From Eledone cirrhosa (lineage: Eukaryota), in assembly GCA_964016885.1 (NCBI GenBank), contig OZ024741.1, positions 71,300,001-71,364,000 on the forward strand: DNA of 64,000 bases, read 5' to 3'. Below the pieces are notes generated by a model that searched no databases, was not told the origin of the DNA, and was given only the letters and a program-made list of their open reading frames with translations. Position 1 is the first letter of the stretch; every line of letters starts with the position of its first letter. Shown piece after piece: positions 31,201 to 44,507 of this stretch. Both the position numbers and the translations under genes were made by a program.

Positions 31201-31633
31201 AAGTTAGTGTTACAGATAGTTAGGTTATTTGCGTCACAGAATTCCAGGATTCTGGAGCCTTCCTCATTTCTAGTACCAAACCCATAGCCTCCATAGATTT
31301 CGTCATAGCCGTCGCAATGTTGTCCAACGTGACCATTTAGGTCGCCTGCAATAATTATATAGTCACTGTCGGTTATTTGGGAGGTAGTGAGCATCAGTGT
31401 CTCATAGAATCTGTCTTTTATAGTGCCGGACAGTCCGGATTGGGGTGCGTACGCAGATATTACTGTCACCGTTGTTCTATTGAAGACAAGTCTTATTTTA
31501 ATTATTCTGTCGTTCACTCTATTTACGTCTATTATCTTATCTGCCCACTTTTCTGCTACCATGATTCCTACTCCACCCAGCCCATTGTCATTTCCCACCC
31601 AGAAAAGCTTATAGCATCGTTTTTTACCCACAA
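28223..31633 (-). mobile_element. RTE LINE (copy D): uninterrupted APE(partial)-RT-PHD ORF 31633-28731, 5'-truncated within the endonuclease
   Basis: [20 protein letters not shown] (APE); YRGIKL, DLEKAFD, YADD (RT); (GAT)n tail at 28223-28240. Confidence 0.96.
28583..28699 (+). mobile_element. Short 3' copy of the same RTE inserted antisense into the 3'UTR of copy D
   Basis: 3'UTR end plus (GAT)n, flanked by GATGCC at 28577-28582 and 28696-28701. Confidence 0.85.
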
Positions 31634-32152
<519 letters not shown>

Positions 32153-32158
<6 letters not shown>

Positions 32159-33495
32159 AAGTAAGTCCTTCATCAGTGGCCTTCTAACCAAGGGCCATAT
32201 ACCTCAGGTTGGTGCGAACAACGGCTAAAAAAAGTCGTTGGGACATGTAAATAAAGGGGACGCTAGGGTGAATAAACAAAATGGTTTAAGCAACAGAAAG
32301 TGAGAAGAAAGAGACAAGTCCCAGATTTCTATGAATATAAACTCGGTGAAATCGTGAACGAGAGAATAAAGACCATCAAACCTGGTTGAAATGTGAGCAA
32401 GGAAGGAATTTCGCACAGGTCTAACGGGGGGAAGAAGAAAGGGTCTGGTCTGCGAATTCGGTAAACATAAGTTCTGTGAAGTCGCAGACGAGAGAGAGAG
32501 AGAGAAAAAAAATTCATACCGGCTTGGCCAAGAGCGCGCGAGAAAAGAATTCGGACAGGTCAAACGGGAAGAAAGAGGAGGAGGAGGAGAGGTAGTGACA
32601 GAGAATGAGTGAGTGAAAGTTGAGGAAGAGGCTAACAGAGAGAGACTGCTAGAAAGGGTAAAGATACCATTTTGTTTGTTCACCCTAGTGTCCCCTTTAT
32701 TTACATGTCCCAACGACTTTTTTTAGCCGTTGTTCGCACCAACCTGAGGTATATGGCCTTTAAAGCGATGAAATGCCTACGACGGTTAGAAGGCCACTGA
32801 TGAAGGACTTACTTTTTCATATGTAACCCATTTGCAACGCCGCAGCTCCATTATTATCATATTTACACATATATTTTTTCCTCTGCTGCCACCCGTCTGT
32901 TTCATTCTTTGTATCTTTACCCTTTCTAGCAGTCTCTCTCTCTCTGTTAGCCTCTTCCTCAACTTTCACTCACTCATTCTCTGTCACTACCTCTCCTCCT
33001 CCTCCTCTTTCTTCCCGTTTGACCTGTCCGAATTCTTTTCTCGTGCGCTCTTGGCCAAGCCGGTATGAATTTTTTTTCTCTCTCTCTCTCTCTCGTCTGC
33101 GACTTCACAGAACTTATGTTTACCGAATTCGCAGACCAGACCCCTTCTTCTTCCCCCCGTTAGACCTGTGCGAAATTCCTTCCTTGCTCACATTTCAACC
33201 AGGTTTGATGGTCTTTATTCTCTCGTTCACGATTTCACCGAGTTTATATTCATAGAAATCTGGGACTTGTCTCTTTCTTCTCACTTTCTGTTGCTTAAAC
33301 CATTTTGTTTGTTCACCCTAGCGTCCCCTTTATTTACGTGTCCCAACAACTTTTTTTTAGCCGTTGTTCGCACCAACCTGAGGTATATGGCCCTTAAAGC
33401 GATGAAATGCCTGGGACGGTTGGAGGGTCACTGATGAAGGACTTACTTTTTCATATGTAACCCATTTGCAACGCCGCAGCTCCATTATTATCATA
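32153..33495 (+). mobile_element. Non-coding Penelope-like structure: 633-bp partial tandem preceded by a ~515-bp inverted copy
   Basis: 32668-32862 = 33301-33495. 32153-32667 is the reverse complement of ~32911-33454. CTGATGA lies within the repeats. Confidence 0.75.
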
Positions 33496-33510
33496 TATAT
33501 ATATATATAT

Positions 33511-36500
33511 GATGGCTGCAAACTCTGCCAAGAGTATTGCAATCGCTTGTCAGATTAAGATGTGGGACGCTCGGATATGGCTTTTCAAGCCCGCTAGAGA
33601 CTTGCACTCATTCACACACTGACGACAACTATGGATCTCCCTGGCTTGAGGTCCCGCATCAGGTTGCCCGTGAACTCTCACAACACCGTGGAGATTATAG
33701 TTCACTGATTCTCTTTAAACATGACTGTGGCTCCTGAGACCAGATTTGCTCAAGCAAATTATTCCACACTCAGGGCACTTCAATTCAATTGAGACACCGA
33801 TCGTTTCGAGAGATACACCAGGGCATTGCTTACGCACATCACTTTTGATCTGCTCGTGCTCTATGTGTCTGTCCTCAAAATTATGGACCCCATCATTCAC
33901 CATTCCACGCCAAGTCTCTCTTTCAAGAGCTTCTATCTCCCAGTCAGCCATCATCAAACCAGTTTTTTTCAATGAGTCCTTTACACAATTCTTGAATCGG
34001 AGCTTTGGTTTGTGAGGTTGTCTCTTACCCTCACAAAGCTCGCCATACAAGAGTTTTTTTGGGACTCGATCATCATCCATTTTGCGGAGGTGTCCGGTCC
34101 ATCGCAAACGGCATTGGTGGATGATACTCTCAATGCTCCGACACTCACTTCTCTCAAGGACCTCAACATCACTCATATGCATCTACCACTTGATACCAAG
34201 CATCTTTCTGAGACACTGCTGGTGAAACCGTTCCAGTCTGTGGACATGCCGTTTGTAGGCAACCCATGTCTCACATGCATACAGCAAAGCTGACAGTACA
34301 CATGCAGCATACACTCTCACCTTGGTCCTCATTGTGATTCCTCGTCTGCACCAAAGACGGTCGTTGAGCCTTCCAAATGACTCACTTGCCTTACTAACAT
34401 GTAGACCAACTTCTGCATCCAGAGAGCAGGTCACACTCAGAGTACTCCCCAAATACACAAATGTGTCAGCAGCCTTCAGCTTTTGACTGTATACGTGTAT
34501 GGAGGGTTCATTGAAAACTTTATCCAGAGCAGGTTGGTACATGACGACAGTCTTCTTCAGATTGATTGTAAATCCCAGAGCACTGCACGCATTGGAAAAA
34601 GAATCCATAAGGTGTTGCATGTCACTCTGGGAGTGTGCATATAAAAATTCTCTGATCAAGGTACTCAGTACCTTAGTGTTGGCAGTGAGACGCCTGAGGT
34701 TAAACAGCTTGCCAGAAGTGCGATATCTGAGATAGATACCGTGTTGACAATCCTTGAAGGCCATGAAGAACACCATCGCAAAATACAAGGCAAACAAAGT
34801 TGGTGCAGGTATATCACCCTGCTTGACACCATTTTCAACTGAGATTGGCTCAGACAGTTTACCTCCAACATTCACCCATGCCTGCATGTCATCGTGGAAG
34901 AGTTTCAGAATGTTCACAAACTTTTCAGGACAGCCCAATCTCTCCAAAATAACCCACAAAGCCTTCCGATTAACGGTGTCAAATGCCTTGGTCAGATCGA
35001 CAAAAACTTGGTATAACTCCATGCGCTGCTCAATGCATTTCTCTTGAAGTTGTCTGGCTGAGAAGATCGTGTCAACAGTGCCTCTGCCATTCCTAAAGCC
35101 ACATTGGGACTCAGGAAGTACCTCAACAGCAATGTGCTGTATCAATCTGTCCAACAATATCGTGCACAAGATCTTCCCAGCCACAGATAGCAGTGAAATA
35201 CCTCTGTAGTTGCCACAGTCATCTTTGGCTCCCTTTCCTTTGTAAAGTACCACCATCAATGCATCTTTCCAATCCTGTGGCACATCTTCTTCATTCCAAA
35301 GAGATCAGTGAGGCAGTTTAAGAAGTTATCACCAGCACACTTGAAAATCTCGGCACTCAGTCCATCCATTCCAGGTGACTTGCCGCTGTTTAATTTGGCA
35401 ATGGCCTTCGCCACCTCATCAAATGAAGGAGGATCAGCCATTGCCAGCTTTGTAGGTCTGGATGGAATCGACCAGATGAACTCATCATCAATTTCTGAAC
35501 TCATCATAAAAGTGATCATGCCACCTGATCAGTATTTCCTTCGGATCTCTGAGCAATTCATTGCCGTCCCTGGAGCGAAGTGGTGATATTTGTGAACTGG
35601 TCGGACCATACACCTCTCTGAGCAGACTGTATAGGAGCTTTGTATCATGTCTATCTGAGGCCTTCTGGATTTCATCAGCCTTTTGGCTCCACCAGGTATC
35701 CTGCATGGCTCTCAACCGATGTTGCACACGTGCCTTGATCTGCCTGAAGGTCCGGTCACTCCTGTCAGAACGTGTCTCACACAACAATGATGTCAGCACT
35801 TTTTGTTTCTCTTCAAGCAAGGTCTGGATCACTGAATCATTTTCATCGAACCAGTCTTTATGCTTTCTATTGGTATGACCCAAAACTCCAGCACTAACAT
35901 CATAGACAGTTTTCTTCAATGATTCCCAAGTGTGTTCACATTCCATGGACTCAAGGGACCTCGACAGTTCAGCTCTGACTTTCTCTGTTTTCAGACGAGC
36001 CACGTTTAGTTGTTTTGGAAGTGCAGCCTTCTTCCCCCTTACTTTGGGCTTCACAACAAATTGAAACTTGGCGCACACCAGACGATGATCAGTCCAACAT
36101 TCTGCGCCTCGCAATACACAAACCAATGTGATATCCCTGATATCACGTTTTCTCATTAAAACGAAGTCAATAAGGTGCCACTTCTTGGAACCTGGATGCA
36201 TCCAAGTTGTCTTATATTTGTCTTTCTGCTGAAAGAGCATGTTCCCAACAACAAGATCCATCTCAGTGCACATCTGCAACAGAAGTAGGCCATTGTTATT
36301 GCACTTACCTACTCCATGCCTGCCCATCACACTCCAAGCTTCCCAGTCATTACCAACACGTGCATTAAAATCACCAAGGATGACAATCTTGTCTGCATAA
36401 GGTATACCATGGATGACCCCTCTCAAAGAGATGTAGAAACTTAGTTTTTCATCATCACTAGCACACATAGTAAGAGCGTACACACTGACCAGAGTCACAA

Positions 36501-37240
36501 AGCAGTTTTGAATCAGAGGGACTCTCATGGACATTATCCGATCATTGAATCCACAAGGAAGATTTTCCAGCTTTGAGACGATTCCATACCTGACTGCAAA
36601 TGCGACCCCTGCCTCTCTCCTACAACCCTCTGTTCCACCACTCCAATAGAAGGTATATCCTCCCTTCTGTTCTGTAAATTGACTCTCACCTGCCAATCTC
36701 GTTTCTGAAAGAGCAACGATGTCCATGCTATAGCGATCGAGTTCCCTCGACACCAAAACAGATCTTCTTTCAGGACGAGTTTTACTGGACTAGGAATCCA
36801 GCAAAGTTCTCACATTCCAACATCCAATATTCAGAGGTTTGAGCCTCCTTGCAGTTGTAGGATGACGACCGGGCCCACGCTGCGGTGCCATGGGACACCT
36901 GCCGGGCCAGACCCCTTCACATTAAGTTCCAGAGCCCTTACTACCCTTGACTTCAAGGTTATCATCTGTCATCATTTAGTTTGGTGCACTTTTAGGCTAC
37001 GGCCAGCCACACGAACATGTAAAAGATCCTGAACAAGCGATGCCTGTGCTTTGAAGGTTTTTTTAAGTGGGGAAAAGCCTTGCACGCGACCAATCCCACT
37101 CTCTGAGCATCGAAAACACTACCCGAAAAGGAGAACTGGTCAACATCATCGGATGCTTCCAAAGCCGCAGGTTTTTTTTCAGAGTTTCCCTCTCCTAGAA
37201 AGGTGTTGTGACAACAACAGGGGGCCCCTCATTCCCAGGT
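33511..37240 (-). mobile_element. Near full-length RTE (BovB-type) LINE with C-terminal C2H2-like finger; several stops/frameshifts
   Basis: LNIGCWNVRTL (~36835), ALSETR, GDFNARVG, WHLIDF, TDHRLV; YRGISLL, QCGFR, DLTKAFD, GVKQG; CPECGIICLSKSGLRSH. 5'UTR has CTAGGAGAGGGAAACTCTG. YADD region deleted. Confidence 0.93.
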
Positions 37241-37249
37241 AAAAAAAAA

Positions 37250-38472
37250 AAATTTTTATTTTTATCAAACTTAGGTCAGTTTGTCTTCATGACTTGTTCT
37301 TTCGATCTCACTCAATAAACCCGCCATTGGCTTTGATGATGGCCTCAAGGCGGCTTCGGAACTGGCTACAGGCCTTCGTCACTGTCCCCCTACTTAGGCC
37401 CCTAAAGGCACTTGTGATCCTGGCTTTCAGATTGTCTTTCGTATAGTAGCTAGATCTGTTGGTGTCTCGTTCCACACAAAAAAGTTGAGGGAGTTGCGTT
37501 CAGGCGAGCTGGGAGGCCAGATGTCAGGTGAAATGTGGTCGACAAAGTTCTCTGACAGCCAAGCTAGGGTCTTTCGGCTGGTATGGCAGGGCGCTGAGTC
37601 TTGCCGCCACACGTACGGCCTACCTGCAGCTACCTGGTCGATCCAGGGCTTTACTACCTCGCTCAGAACGCGGATGTAGCCATCGGTGTTCAGCTTGAGG
37701 CCCTCAAGGAAGAAGTGAGGTGGTATGACATCACCTTGACTGCTGACGACACCTAAGACCAATGTTGTCGCTGGAAACTTTGTCTGCATAACTCTGGGCA
37801 CATCTTTGGATGAGACAGCGAGCCACCTGTTGTTCTGGGAGTTGATCTTCTGGTCTTGGCAGAAGTTTTTCTCGTCGGAGAAAAACCACAGCATGTCTGG
37901 CTCCAGTGGGTGTTTCAACTTGTTGATCAGATTCTTTGCAGTCGCTTTTCTTGCATCGCCTTTGACAGAAATTGTCCTTTCCTCATCTTGTATGAAACGT
38001 AGCTAATGTCTTCATGTACCACCAGCCTAATGAGCTTTTCATCCACGCCTTTCTCCCTTGCAATGGCATGCATCGACTTGCTAGGTTCATTGTTGATGAT
38101 ATCCTGAACTCCAGCGACGAACTCGGGCGTTCTGAAGGCATCAGATCGTCAATCATGTGTCTTCCTCTCTGATGTTGCTTCATAGTCGAATCCTGAATCT
38201 TCCAATTCCTTTCTGACCTTTTCCACCATTTTCCTGCTGACGCTGAGAAAGTCTGAAATTTACTTATTTGTCCTCCCGGCGCGGATTCCAAGAAGAACTC
38301 TGTGTCTTTTCCACAAATTTGGAGGTACAAAATTATTCATAATCAATTATTCTGAAAATAAATAATGGAAATATAGTCACTGTTTTTATGAAGACAAGAG
38401 TGACAACAGAAGTAAAAAAAATTTGCATAAAATTAGCAGTTGAAAATTGCGAACAAATATCGTCTACACCTT
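37250..38472 (-). mobile_element. Tc1/mariner-superfamily transposon (DD37D/maT-like), degenerate
   Basis: WFFSDEKNF, WRQDSAPCHTS, WPPSSPERNSLN. 5' end TA|CAAGGTGTAGACG; 3' TIR not seen. Confidence 0.85.
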
Positions 38473-38473
38473 G

Positions 38474-38521
<48 letters not shown>

Positions 38522-38600
38522 TACACCTTACATCTCAATGAATAATATTGCTGAGAATATAATTTAGATAAGCTTATGAATACAAACATAAAACTATCTT

Positions 38601-39241
38601 AAATAAGGCTCAGAATTGACCAAAGGGAAGATCGCAAGTAAAGTACTTTAAAATAAAGAAAGCACCTCAGGGATAAACTTCTTGTCAAGTGACCTAAATC
38701 TAGAGAGTTTAACAAAATGTTCCCCTTACTGCAGTTTCACAAGCTAAAGTAACAAAATTTGCCAATCAATTAACCCTTTCGCAATCAATTAACCAATCAA
38801 TTTTGCCAATAAATTAACCCTTTAGCATTTACATTTCTCTATATACACTATTGTATGTTTGTGGTAAAGGCTTTATCTTACATAATTATCTCACATAATA
38901 TTGAATCTACGAGATTTTGATGTTATTTATTTTTGGAACTATACCGTATGAGTGGCCAGTTTTGGCCAGTTTGAATAGGAAAAGGTGAGAGAATTCTGAC
39001 TGGATATAGCTGATTTAAATGCTAAAGGGTTAAAATAGTTATTTCTGCCAGAAATATATCTTATCTCTCTTACTATGGAATAGAAATCCTCTCTGTTGAT
39101 CAAGCAGGTTCTGGCAGAAATAACTATCTTAATTGATTGAGTGGCACATTTGTTACTTTAGCTTGTGAAACTGCTTTAAGGTTTCTTTATTTTAAAGCTC
39201 TTTACTGCGATTTTCCTTTTGGTCAATTCTGAACCTTATTT
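38601..39241. mobile_element. Palindromic MITE/foldback element
   Basis: 38601-38773 is inverted at 39129-39241, and 39035-39053 at 39109-39127. Confidence 0.7.
38818..39029. mobile_element. piggyBac-like MITE
   Basis: TTAA|CCCTTTAGCATTTA...TAAATGCTAAAGGG|TTAA. Confidence 0.8.
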
Positions 39242-39256
39242 CTATATTTGTGTGTG

Positions 39257-39304
<48 letters not shown>

Positions 39305-39507
39305 GCTCTGTAAGCCGTAGTGAAGGCTACCCATCTAAGAAAGTAGACACTCCAAATAAAAACTGATACAGGGTGGTGAGGACTCTTAAGTCTGGTAAGA
39401 CAACCTCTCTAGTGCTGGTGACACAAACAATGCACCCAGTACACACTGTAAAGTGGTTGGTAATAGGAAGGTCATCCAGCCAGTAAAACCCTTAGCAAAC
39501 AACTTAT

Positions 39508-40810
39508 ATATAAACTCTACTGGGTAGGAAATGACAATGGGGTAGGAGGTGTAGGCATCCTATTAGCTGAGAAATGGATAGATAAGGTGATAGAAGTAGT
39601 TAGAGTAAGTGACAGAATCATGAAGCTTAGATTAACTGTTGGAAATAGAATGGTGATGATTACATCTACTTATTCTCTGCAGCCAGGACTGGGTTAAGAC
39701 CAAAAGGACAGGTTCTATGAGGAACTTTTACAGACAACTTCAAGTACTGATGAAAGAGACTTCATCATCCTGGCAGGCGACTTCAATGGACATGTGGGAC
39801 AGTACCAGGATGGATTCAGCAGAGTTCATGGCAGCTATGGTTATGGCTCAAGGAAAGAAGAGGGGCTGTGACTACTGGAATTCTGTGATGCTAATGAATT
39901 AACCATTTGCAACACAGATTTCAGGAAACCAGCCAACCACCTGATCTCATATCAATCAGACGAACACACAAACCAAATTAATTATTTACTTGTTAGACAA
40001 GACAAACAGACTGTAATAAGTACTCAGATCTTCCCTGAGGAAGAATGCACTGCCCAGCACAAGTTAGTTATTAGTGACATCAAAATAATCAAAAGACAGA
40101 ACAAGACATGCAAAAAAATATGGAGATGGAGGGTGTGGAAACTAAAGGACCACTCGGTTAAATGTAGGTTTAGAAAGGCCCTAAAGGATGCACTTGATGA
40201 GAGTGATGATGAACTAGATACATACAATCTAGAGGACAACTGGAAATTCTTACGCGAAAACCTTTTTGAGTAAAGTGTCAGCCAGACAGAGGATGACTTG
40301 GTGGTGGAACAGCATAGTAGATACAACCATTAAAGTCATGAGACAGGTATGAAAAGACTGGAAAAATGGGGGTAGCAGAGACCATTACCAAGTAGCTAAG
40401 AAAGAAGCTAGGTGACAGGTATACACAGCTTGGACAGGTATACACAGCTTGGACAGGTATACACAAGTAAATTTGTCTTGAGACGTGAGGATAAGAGAGG
40501 TGAGGTGTTCCGTATTACAAGGCAGTGTGTTAGTGTGAATCGAGATGTTGTTGAGGACAAATGTATTAGAAATGACGCTGGTGCACTTAGTACCATTTAT
40601 GCCTGAAAGAAAGAGGCATGGAAATGTTACTGTGAGAGATTGATGAATGTAAAGAATGAGTGGAAGGAAGAGAAACTACCCCCAACTTACCCAAAGGAAG
40701 GACCAAATATTGAAGTTAACAGTTATAGGGTCAAAGTCACAATCAAGGAGATGAAGAATGGTAAAGCTGCAGAACCATCAGAAATACTTGCTGAGATGCT
40801 AAAAGCATGT
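39508..40810 (+). mobile_element. Old RTE LINE endonuclease/linker fragment
   Basis: YKLYWVGNDNGVGGVGI, GDFNGHVG, LLEFCDANEL; homologous to copy D with many stops. Confidence 0.88.
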
Positions 40811-41419
40811 TACATACCCTTATATATATGTACACAAAAGTGGGGAATTTATATTGATTTAATGGCAGAGGCACAAAAGCTAATGCACTTTTCCGATCAT
40901 GCTCTCTATAAACTGCTCTATGAAAGTTATGCCATGTGGGTGGATAATTTGCTTCAGAGCATATTATATTGATTCGTTTATAGGAAAGCAGCACTCATAT
41001 AGAACAAACAGGCGGATAACAATCAAAGAAATTTAAGAATTCCAACAGTTAACTAAGAAAGAGTTGGGATACTTATACTTCACATCAACTGGACCAAAAT
41101 ATTTATGTTGACGAAAATATTTGAGTTTCAACCTCCAAAAAAATCTGCCAACCATCAGTATCAAAAATTGATTTTTGGCAAAATAGGAGTAAAGGTACTT
41201 CTCAACAGGTAGTTTTACTGACAGCTGGTATTGTCAAGTCCACACAGATGCATGTTTTGTGATTGCTATCGACTGTTTTCAATAAATATGAATATATGTT
41301 CAATAAGTAATGAGAACATTTCAGGAAAAGCATTAAATATCATTAAATTAAATGCTACTTCATGATGAAATAATAGACTTATATACAATGTATAAAATGA
41401 TTAACTGATAACTGCTTAT

Positions 41420-42620
41420 CAGCTGAGGCTGGAGGGCAGCAGTGAACCAGTGTGATCCTATTCGTAAATCTACCAACATGTTGATCCTAAAGCTTCTCTG
41501 GCCTTTACTAATATATGATATCAGCTCTAGTACGGTGAAGGCCATGCCATGGAGGTCAAAATCAACAAATACACACAGTGATGTTGCACTCTGTCACCGG
41601 GACAAGCTAATGCTACCTCTCAAATCCATCATTGAGGAATACAAAGTCGGAAAACAAGTCTTCTGACCATGCTTGAGGACTCGGAAAACAAGGTCGTGAG
41701 GTCAACCCATCCAAAGTTGAAAACAGGCAGAAAATGGAAAGTCCAGTGGGCAGTAGGTGCAGCAAAGGAAAGCTTTATGATCTGAGAAATAATTGTTTCT
41801 ACTTTTGGCACAAAGCCAGCAATTACCCAGTGCATTACTGGTACTTTATTTTATCTACCCCATAAGGATGAAAGGCAAAGTTAACCTTGGTTGGATTTGA
41901 ACTCAGAATGGAAAGGGCCATAACTCTTTGCATCAAAACATGGCGAATACGACGTACTCAGGTCAACAGGCAAAATGGAATGGTGGTCAGAAGCTAGGAG
42001 AAAGATGAGGAGAGATCTGATTTTACAGGAGGTAAAGAAAGAACAGGATTCCAGAAGGCAGTACAGCAAAGCCAACAGGGCCAGTGGAGGACGTGGGGAA
42101 GTGGACTCCAAAAGTGTTTCAGCTGGAAAGATTTGTGACATATGATGCCTCTTAGCATCAGTTTTATCCTCAGATCTCCTGTTCTCAAATCCGAAACTAG
42201 AGAAGTGGGGTGAATCAGATAACCCTGAGTGCCCACTTTGCCAGGTTAGACAGACAGTGGAACACATTTTGAGTTCATGCAGAATAGTACTAGAGTAGTA
42301 CTAGCCCAGGGAAGATACATGTCAAGACACAATTAAGTGCTTAAGGAGATCATACATGTGATAAGTATGTCAAAAGTAAAACCCATAGCATGAGAATCTC
42401 CAGCATTCTGTATGGCAAGAGGCAGCAAATCATGGCTTGGAACATATGCCATAGAGGGTAAGTAAGGGGAGTCTTCTGAGTGGTGTGGACAACTGGGAGT
42501 GTAAAGCAGACCTTCAAGGACTGGCAAAACAGTCAGAAATCACCAGGAAGAGTGGTTTGAGGCTGGTTATCGTACTCCATTTCAGTTCATTAAAACAGCT
42601 GATTGTACCATTTGAAAGCA
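41420..42620 (+). mobile_element. HERO-like (restriction-like endonuclease) non-LTR retrotransposon fragment
   Basis: PKLKTGRKWK, QQSQQGQW, KWGESDNPECPLCQVRQTVEHILSSC, LAQGRYxSRHN. Interrupted by a SINE. Confidence 0.7.
41789..41953 (-). mobile_element. Octopod-type SINE
   Basis: Reverse complement of the 50911-51110 family. Confidence 0.85.
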
Positions 42621-42977
42621 TCATGTTTGCATTTTAGCACATGCTAAGAGAAGTAACTCTAAGTGGGTCATGGCTGCAGTATTGGCGATGGCCATGACAC
42701 TGTTGATGTCTCACTAGTGCCATGACTACCAACATTATTTTTCAAAACTCACGAAAGTGTTTAATTATAAGTTTTGAAAGAAGAAGAGTTCCAGTTAGAT
42801 CTTGTCAACAAAATCTCCATATCGTTTAAATACTCAACAAGTCTCCTATATCTGAATGGCTAAATGTCAGCAAAAGACACCCAGGAGTCATGACCTGGAT
42901 GCCGCCTAGCCTCCTTAGAGTGTAAGAAGTTAAGGGCCAAAACACTTGCTTGAGAGGGTTTTCACACACACACACAT

Positions 42978-43640
42978 ATTTGCGCAGATTAGAAAGAAAC
43001 AAAGCTTTCATGCTCCGATGGATGTGTAATAATAATATACGTGAATGACAAAGCATAAACGAATTGAGAGAGAGACTGAGCATAAGAGGAATCAAATACT
43101 GTGTGCAGGAGAGGAGGTTACGTTGGTATGGACATGTGATGCGTAGGAAGGATGACAGCTGCATAAAAAGGTGCAGAGCACTAGAAGTCGATGGAAGCCG
43201 CGGAGTGGAGAGACCCAAGAAGACCTGGGATGAGGTGATAAAAGCCAATCTTACCCAATTGCACCTCTCAAGGGCGTTGACACATGACCGTGACCTCTGG
43301 CGTCATCCAGTAATACAGAAGACCTGACTTCCCACAGGAACAAGCCGAAGCTGAAGCATATAGACAATATGCCCCCACCCCCACTGTAAAGTGATCGTGG
43401 AGGTGCCACGGCAAAAAAGCACCCAGCCTACACTGTAAAGTGGTCGTGTAGGCGCCACGGAAAAAAAGCACCCACCACTCACTGTAAATGAGGTTGGTGT
43501 TAGGAATGGCATCCTAACTGTAGAAATCAAGCCAAAACCAGTTCCTGTATGAGCAAGACAAGGTCAGCCGCAACAGGACAACCTATTTAACCCATGCTAG
43601 CGTGGAAGAACGAAAGTAAAACGGTGATGATGATGACGAT
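42978..43640 (+). mobile_element. RTE subfamily B 3' fragment
   Basis: [16 protein letters not shown], 3'UTR, (GAT)n. Confidence 0.9.
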
Positions 43641-43676
43641 ATATATATATATATTACAACGGGAGGAAACAATAGC

Positions 43677-43718
43677 ACCACTGACGATGTTGCAGATGTG
43701 CAACGAAAGATTTATGAT
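43677..43718 (+). ncRNA. Minimal type I hammerhead motif (slightly decayed)
   Basis: ACCA-CTGACGA-t-GTTGCA(gatg)TGCAAC-GAAA-GATT-TA-TGAT. Stem II is perfect; stems I and III each carry about one mismatch. Confidence 0.6.
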
Positions 43719-43919
43719 AAACTATATATATGTGTTTGTGTCTATATTGTATCTGTATTATTTTTGACCGTCGGTCAGTCAATGGCAACATTGAGGACCG
43801 AGTAAATTAGGTTACCGATATAAAAGACACAGAAGCGAAAAGCGAAAACCAACCAAACAGTGAGTGTGTTCTGTTATTAATTCTGGCAATATTACACAAA
43901 TATGACCCTCCCCAAGTAT

Positions 43920-43982
<63 letters not shown>

Positions 43983-43988
<6 letters not shown>

Positions 43989-44507
43989 AAGTATTTCCAT
44001 AGAAAAGGTAAAGGAAAGGAAGAATGCTGTCTAAATAGTACATAGCTATTTAATTACATAATAAACAACACAATATAACACATCATCTGATGAACGGGCT
44101 GGATGTTTCTGTAAGGATCGTCTAGTTTCTTGAAACCTTTGGTAATGGAATAATTATATTGTGTTGTTTATTATGTAAATAATATATATATATATATATA
44201 TATATTGACCCATCCAACCCATGCAAGTGTGGGAAAACAACATTGTTTTTTCATATATATGTGCGTGTGTGTATATATATATATACATTTTTTTTTTAAA
44301 GATATCATTTTCAAAATTTATATCCAAAACATAACTATTTTGTCTGACGAACAAACTGGACGTTTCTGTAAGAATCGTCTAGTTTCTCAAAACGTTCGGT
44401 AAGGGAATAATTATATTGTGCTGTTTATTATGTAATTAAATACCTCTGTACTATACATAGAGCACTGTTCTTTCCTTTACCTTTTCTACAGAAATACTTA
44501 ACATATA
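43983..44507 (+). mobile_element. Decayed Penelope-like terminal module: inverted copy plus two direct copies with hammerhead-like cores
   Basis: 43983-44078 is inverted relative to 44411-44507. CTGATGA..GAAAC at 44087-44136 and CTGACGA..AAAAC at 44344-44393, with stem II AACTGGACG/CGTCTAGTT. Confidence 0.6.
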
